A stretch of DNA of 64,000 nucleotides, taken from IMG/VR virus record IMGVR_UViG_3300027708_002747, positions 20,682 to 84,681 of that record; one strand, written 5' to 3'. The first letter of the stretch is position 1. The number at the start of each line of letters is the position of its first letter. This document shows, piece by piece, positions 59,239 to 64,000 of this stretch. This DNA is from a virus. The translations under genes were made by a program, and so were the position numbers. The notes under the pieces are model-generated. The model searched no databases and was not told the DNA's origin. It saw nothing but the letters and a program-made list of their open reading frames with translations.

Positions 59239-59831
59239 TTCCACCAACGTTCAATATTTTCACTCAAAACTTTGAAAAGTAATTTCCTTGCCCTTTCGTG
59301 ATTGTATCTTCCGATATTCAAAGCAATTCTTGATTTAACCTCGTATGAAGTTAAGTCATCATTGTCCATTTTAAAAACATGATATTTTTTATCGGTAATA
59401 ATTTTCTTATACACCAATGGATATTTTTTGAAAAAATCATTTAAGTTTTCTTTTTTCAAACGTGTCTCCATATAATATCCACCTAAATCATCTTCAATAT
59501 CATCACCTGTTGGGACAAAGAAAAAATCTTTATCTTCATAGTCCATATACTCCATTGTATAAAACTCTTCTTGAACTTTTTCCATCAGTTTGACACACAA
59601 CATCATCCTTTTGGCATCAAGGTCAGAATTCATGTGAAAACCTTTTTCTTTAATGTACTTAGCCTGTTTCTCTAACTTAAACTTGAATACCTCAAAAATA
59701 TAATGGTCATCCCAATCACGGTCTTTCCAAATAACAGGAAACCACTTGATTAGATTACCAACAGAGGTAAAAAAGTTTCTAACAGGATTTCTAAAATATT
59801 TCCAAATAAAATCATTTATTTTTTCAATCAT
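59235..59831 (-). CDS. conserved phage hypothetical protein
   Basis: 'WFPVIWKDRDWD...NIERWWN'. Confidence 0.7.
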   Translation of the reverse strand: MIEKINDFIWKYFRNPVRNFFTSVGNLIKWFPVIWKDRDWDDHYIFEVFKFKLEKQAKYIKEKGFHMNSDLDAKRMMLCVKLMEKVQEEFYTMEYMDYEDKDFFFVPTGDDIEDDLGGYYMETRLKKENLNDFFKKYPLVYKKIITDKKYHVFKMDNDDLTSYEVKSRIALNIGRYNHERARKLLFKVLSENIERWWN

Positions 59832-60034
59832 AACTCAAGGATTGTTTTTTTACTAACTAAATCTTTTTTTAAGGAAACAATACTACATTCAAAGTCCAAA
59901 GAATACTGTGTTAATTCTTCAGATTCTTCATACTTTTTAACATATAATTCAACCAGATTTTCTGCAGATTGAATCTGTCCGAAATGAGTTATTGAACCAA
60001 TAACTTTACGTATCCATTGAAAGTCCCTATCCAT
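59828..60034 (-). CDS. hypothetical protein (host-type promoter)
   Basis: TATATTTG on the minus strand at 60039-60046; start MDRDF. Confidence 0.6.
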   Translation of the reverse strand: MDRDFQWIRKVIGSITHFGQIQSAENLVELYVKKYEESEELTQYSLDFECSIVSLKKDLVSKKTILEL

Positions 60035-60057
60035 AGGACAAATATACATAATTTTTC

Positions 60058-60441
60058 TTAATTATACAATAACGCAGTTAATTGCGGATTACTTTTTTCA
60101 TACATACGTATCATAATCCCTGCTTCAGAGTTTGCGAAGTTTTCTTGAGATATGGTATTAAACCCTTGTAACTTAATATTTCTTTGACGTGCAAACTCAT
60201 GAACCCACTCGTGAGCAATTGTTCTTAAAACATCAATTAACATTCTTCCAAATGCAAGAACTTTAATTTTACCCGTAATTTCACTTCCTGTGGTCATTTT
60301 ACCAAAACGTTCACCAAGAAGTTGGATATCAACGTCTTTCTTAAGTGGAGAGTTTTTTTGACAAAATCTCAAGAAGTCCTGAATAACATCTATTTGTTCA
60401 GAACTAAGTCCACTAGATTTATCATACAAATTTACTTTCAT
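60058..60441 (-). CDS. zincin-like metallopeptidase
   Basis: 'DVLRTIAHEWVH' HExxH plus 'ENFANSEAG'. Confidence 0.75.
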   Translation of the reverse strand: MKVNLYDKSSGLSSEQIDVIQDFLRFCQKNSPLKKDVDIQLLGERFGKMTTGSEITGKIKVLAFGRMLIDVLRTIAHEWVHEFARQRNIKLQGFNTISQENFANSEAGIMIRMYEKSNPQLTALLYN

Positions 60442-60482
60442 CTTAACAATAAATATCTTATATTTCTTTTGTATATATAATT

Positions 60483-60752
60483 ATGAAAAAGAGTTTTTTT
60501 GAAAAAGTCCTAAATAAAATAAACAAACAAGACATCGACCAATGGTTTGGTGAAAATTCCGAAATCAAAGTTACGGAATTTTCTCATTCAATTAGTCAGA
60601 AAAAAAACATTTTATCAATAAAATTATACCCAACAGATTATGAATACGCTATCGAACTTTTTCCGGAAGGCTTGGAAATTCTTGTCTCCCATACTGTCAA
60701 AATTCTTTCACTTCCTGAGGATTATATATTAACAACATCAATAGAACATTAA
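60483..60752 (+). CDS. hypothetical protein
   Basis: 89-aa ORF. Confidence 0.55.
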   Translation: MKKSFFEKVLNKINKQDIDQWFGENSEIKVTEFSHSISQKKNILSIKLYPTDYEYAIELFPEGLEILVSHTVKILSLPEDYILTTSIEH

Positions 60753-60755
60753 ATT

Positions 60756-61109
60756 ATGCCACACCCAATCGTACACGCTAAATCCTCAGCAAAAAAATTT
60801 GGAGGAAAATGGGAAGATTATATTGAAATCCATGAATGGTTTGATAATACGAAATCATGGTATGGACATTCATTACACAGAATTTTTCGACATCATTCAG
60901 AGGGTATTTTTGAAATGGAGCAAAAATTTGGTCCGGAATTTAAAAATAGTGATGGAAAAACTGTATATACCCGTTATGTCGGTGAACAACATGTAATGGA
61001 AGATTGTAACGGATATATTCCGTCTGGAAAAGAATGGGTGTTAGCATTAGAAAATAAACAAAGACCTTTATGGATGATTAAAACCATGAAGTTAGAAATT
61101 GATGATTGA
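60756..61109 (+). CDS. DUF6915-like His-rich protein
   Basis: 'HP..HAKSSAKKFGG..EDY..IH.WFD.TK...HR..RHHSEG...EQHV.ED...IPS'. Confidence 0.75.
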   Translation: MPHPIVHAKSSAKKFGGKWEDYIEIHEWFDNTKSWYGHSLHRIFRHHSEGIFEMEQKFGPEFKNSDGKTVYTRYVGEQHVMEDCNGYIPSGKEWVLALENKQRPLWMIKTMKLEIDD

Positions 61110-61120
61110 TATTTATTATT

Positions 61121-61816
61121 ATGAAAGAATTATTAAATAACCCTGATACTATAAAAAAATTTAAACTTTTACATTACATCTTATTAAGTAATGGTCTTAC
61201 TCATATCAGTAATGACTTTTATATTGATTACGATGGAAATGTTGATTATCACTTTGCTCCTTGGACTGGAAGAGGTAATGCTTATGATATTATACCTAAT
61301 AAATTATTTGATTTTTTAGATAATTTTTTTGATTCTATTAAAGATAAAGTTTTAGATTCATTAGAAGGTGATGGTGATTCTAGAGCAACGGTATCATGTG
61401 AGTATTCAACAACAGATAAAACTTTTACAATTGAAGAAGGTATTCAAACTATGGGTTATGAATCATATTACCATGAGTTTGAAATTGACGAAAAAGAATT
61501 ACTTGAAGATATGGTTCAATGGAAAGAAGAAGGTAAACTTAAAATTACAGTTGATTTTAACGGTGGTGGTGATTCAGGTTATATTGACGATGTTGGATAT
61601 TACAATGACGGTAACGACAAACATGATTTATCAGCAGTTTGGGAAGATAAGTTATACAAAATCTTGGAAAAAAATCATGGTGGATGGGAAATAAATGAAG
61701 GCTCTGAGGGAACGTTCATAATTAATAATGAAAACCAAACTATAGAATTAGATTTTCGTATGAATGTTGAAGAAACTTCAACAGGTTACGAATTTACACA
61801 CCAATTTGAGTTTTAA
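61121..61816 (+). CDS. DUF6878-like protein
   Basis: 'FNGGGDSGYI' and 'GWEINEGSEG'; TATTTAT at 61110. Confidence 0.65.
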   Translation: MKELLNNPDTIKKFKLLHYILLSNGLTHISNDFYIDYDGNVDYHFAPWTGRGNAYDIIPNKLFDFLDNFFDSIKDKVLDSLEGDGDSRATVSCEYSTTDKTFTIEEGIQTMGYESYYHEFEIDEKELLEDMVQWKEEGKLKITVDFNGGGDSGYIDDVGYYNDGNDKHDLSAVWEDKLYKILEKNHGGWEINEGSEGTFIINNENQTIELDFRMNVEETSTGYEFTHQFEF

Positions 61817-62130
61817 TAAACCTGAATAGTTCTTTGTGGTCTGTCATCACCAAAGTCAGGACAGAAATAAGTATTGTTACCGTCGTGATAAATTGTTCCA
61901 CCAACTCCATTAGGAATTTTGTGTGTTTCATGGAATTTTTCATCCAAGTCAATTTGGTGATTTCCATCATGAATGATAAAACATAAGTTTTCATAACCAC
62001 ACTTATATTGTTGGTCTTTGTTCTTATGTTTCATAAACTCGTCAAAAGACATTACATATCTTGCATCTTCGTTAAGGTATCTTTTAACGATAAATTCTAA
62101 TTGGTTCTCTGTGATAATAAACTTTTTCAT
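61813..62130 (-). CDS. hypothetical protein with a head-targeting-like leader
   Basis: 'MKKFIITENQLEFIVKRYLNE'; late motif at 62136. Confidence 0.6.
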   Translation of the reverse strand: MKKFIITENQLEFIVKRYLNEDARYVMSFDEFMKHKNKDQQYKCGYENLCFIIHDGNHQIDLDEKFHETHKIPNGVGGTIYHDGNNTYFCPDFGDDRPQRTIQVY

Positions 62131-62148
62131 ATTCTATAAATATAAGGG

Positions 62149-62898
62149 TTAAGAATAAATTCCTTGACTATAAATCTTCCATTCTTTTTGTCTTCTATCA
62201 GGATGAGTAAAATCTAAAAAATTAGATTTAACACCATTCAAAGAATTTGGATTAGTTTTTAAAGAATTACTTAATTTTGGAGCTTTTGTTGTACAACCTG
62301 CAAATCCAACTTGATAACATAATGACGATAATGCATCAACTTGATTTTGATTCAAATTAGGATACAAATTTAGTAACTTATTTGCTAATTTATCTAAGTT
62401 TGTTTTTAAAAATACTTTAGCTTTATCTTTTGTTATTGATGGGTCTTTAGGTGTTACTTTTCTACCATCAGGATAATAAACCGTACCATAACCAATTGTG
62501 GGTGTTCCTGATGGTGTTTTACCTTTTAAACAACAATCAACTTCACCCCTAACACATTTCCCACCTTTAGCATCATCATAAACACAAGGAACAAAAAACT
62601 CAATATTACCAACAAAATTAACAAGTTTGTCTGAAACACCTGTAGGTTTTTGAATACTCTTTGGTGTTTTTGTTCTTATCATCTTAAGTGCATTATCAAT
62701 AACACCTCCTGATTCTGGTTTTATTTGGTCTTTTGGTGGAGCCATAGAAGACCATTTATCCATAAAATTTGGTTCTTGGTTTGAAGGTTTATATCCCGCA
62801 ATTTTATTAATATCATCAAAAACTGATTGCTCATTAATATTTGGATTTAAACCCATCATTGATTTTATCTTACTAACTTCAGTTAATAAATTTCTCAT
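62149..62898 (-). CDS. GH24 lysozyme with an N-terminal leader
   Basis: 'IE......YDD...TPTIGYG', 'LNQNQVDALSSLCYQVG', 'RRQKE..IY'. Confidence 0.8.
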   Translation of the reverse strand: MRNLLTEVSKIKSMMGLNPNINEQSVFDDINKIAGYKPSNQEPNFMDKWSSMAPPKDQIKPESGGVIDNALKMIRTKTPKSIQKPTGVSDKLVNFVGNIEFFVPCVYDDAKGGKCVRGEVDCCLKGKTPSGTPTIGYGTVYYPDGRKVTPKDPSITKDKAKVFLKTNLDKLANKLLNLYPNLNQNQVDALSSLCYQVGFAGCTTKAPKLSNSLKTNPNSLNGVKSNFLDFTHPDRRQKEWKIYSQGIYS

Positions 62899-62971
62899 AC
62901 TGATAAATACTTTTTAATAAATATTTTGCTAATGTTGATTATTTTTAATAAAGAGCATATATTTAATTTTA

Positions 62972-63040
62972 ATGATAACAAAAAAAGTTAAAACAAAACT
63001 ACGAAATTTAAATAACAATAATATTTTTAAGAAATCCTGA
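62972..63040 (+). CDS. putative Asn-rich leader peptide MITKKVKTKLRNLNNNNIFKKS
   Basis: Five Asn codons out of six at 63005-63022; the stop codon lies in the 5' arm of the terminator. Confidence 0.55.
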   Translation: MITKKVKTKLRNLNNNNIFKKS

Positions 63041-63060
63041 CATTTGTCAGGATTTTTTTT
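63029..63060 (+). terminator. attenuator-like intrinsic terminator upstream of the AsnRS paralogue
   Basis: AAATCCTGAC-attt-GTCAGGA-T8; no full-size + strand gene ends here. Confidence 0.75.
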
Positions 63061-63095
63061 GCCCTTTTAATAAATAAAATAAAAAAAAACAAAAA

Positions 63096-63920
63096 ATGAA
63101 AAACACAGAAACTTACAACGAGTTAGTTCAAAAAATGAGAACATTCTTCCAAAACAAAGGTTTTAAAGAAGTTCCAACCCAATCAAGATTATCAATCTTG
63201 GCGGCGTGTGAAAATCCACACTCAATAACAACATTTAATTATCAAGGAGAAGTATGGCCACTACCACAGACAGGTCAAATGTGGTTAGAATACGAACTTC
63301 TTAAGAATCCTGAATGGAACGGTGTCTATTGTATTTCAACGTCTTATAGACAAGAAAAAGACCCAATTCCAGGTCGTCACGAAATGATTTTTCCCATGTT
63401 TGAGTTTGAATCAAAAGGTGGAATGAAAGAAATGTTAAAACTTGAATTTGAACTTTTAGATTATTTAGGTTTTGATTCACCTGTAGAAGTTAACTACGAT
63501 GATGTATGTGAAGAATATGGTGGAGTTTCAATCTTAGAAAACGAACACGAAACAAGAATGTGGGAAGAAAAAGGACCGGTAGTATCACTTCAAAATTTCC
63601 CATACAGAACAAACCCATTTTGGAACATGAGAGAAAGTGAAAACAAAATATTCAACAAAGTTGATGTAATCCTTTACGGGCAAGAAACAATTGGTTCTGC
63701 AGAAAGAAGTTCCAACGTAGAAGAAATGAGAAATAATTTCTACACAATAGAAAATGGAAAATATTCTGAAAAACTATTTGAACTATTTGGTAAAGAAAGA
63801 GTTGAAAAAGAATTAGAAGAATTCTTATCACATGATTTCTTCCCAAGATTTGGTGGAGGGATTGGAATGACTCGTTTATCAAGAGCTTACGAACTACTAC
63901 AACAAGAAGTAACAGTATAA
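63096..63920 (+). CDS. class IIb aaRS catalytic-domain-only protein, asparagine synthetase (AsnRS2/archaeal-type)-like
   Basis: Motif 1 'FF..KGFKEVPT', 'LPQTGQMWLE', motif 2 'SYRQE...GRH...FPMFEFE', 'ETIGSAERS', motif 3 'GGGIGMTRL'; no anticodon-binding OB domain. Confidence 0.75.
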   Translation: MKNTETYNELVQKMRTFFQNKGFKEVPTQSRLSILAACENPHSITTFNYQGEVWPLPQTGQMWLEYELLKNPEWNGVYCISTSYRQEKDPIPGRHEMIFPMFEFESKGGMKEMLKLEFELLDYLGFDSPVEVNYDDVCEEYGGVSILENEHETRMWEEKGPVVSLQNFPYRTNPFWNMRESENKIFNKVDVILYGQETIGSAERSSNVEEMRNNFYTIENGKYSEKLFELFGKERVEKELEEFLSHDFFPRFGGGIGMTRLSRAYELLQQEVTV

Positions 63921-63925
63921 ACCAT

Positions 63926-63953
63926 AAATCCCCTCATTAGAGGGGATTTTTTT
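63926..63953 (+). terminator. intrinsic terminator
   Basis: AAATCCCCTC-atta-GAGGGGA-T7. Confidence 0.8.
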
Positions 63954-64000
63954 ATTCTTTAATTTCTTTCATCAACTTACCCCACAAAGCCGTCTGTAAT

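Noticed and set aside
63096-63920. Functional Asn/Asp/Lys-tRNA synthetase or a truncated pseudogene
   Set aside because: It lacks the anticodon-binding domain, yet it has a clean start, intact motifs 1-3 and its own terminator, which fits a stand-alone paralogue. EpmA-like activity cannot be fully excluded.

Overview
64 kb, very AT-rich segment of a T4-like jumbo/huge phage, standard genetic code. The host is inferred to be Bacteroidota, from TTTG-N19-20-TAnnTTTG promoters, a Bacteroidia-type bS21, a Bacteroidota-like ClpC, a DUF4494-like protein and a general lack of Shine-Dalgarno motifs. Layout: (1) 16-11939, a large glycosyltransferase/methyltransferase/gmd/phoH cluster; (2) a gp55-like late sigma factor and baseplate-like genes; (3) a head module (gp23 capsid, scaffold, gp21 protease, gp20 portal, gp17 terminase) with bS21 inserted on the opposite strand; (4) a translation/proteostasis region (nucleotidyltransferase, KTSC, ClpC without its N-domain, peptidase, tmRNA, tRNA-Arg); (5) many probable virion-internal and accessory genes, ending with a catalytic-domain-only AsnRS paralogue (asparagine synthetase-like). 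Most notable unannotated structure: a sense-strand TATTTAT element (the reverse complement of the T4 late promoter core) just upstream of about 30 genes; a family of shared N-terminal helical leaders ending in L/I-x-E on more than 12 unrelated proteins, a candidate capsid-targeting/protease-processing cargo system; an Asn-rich leader peptide overlapping a terminator upstream of the asparagine synthetase-like gene, a candidate phage attenuator; and a tmRNA with an atypical 21-aa tag near ClpC. All family assignments come from motif recognition by eye; no database searches were run.
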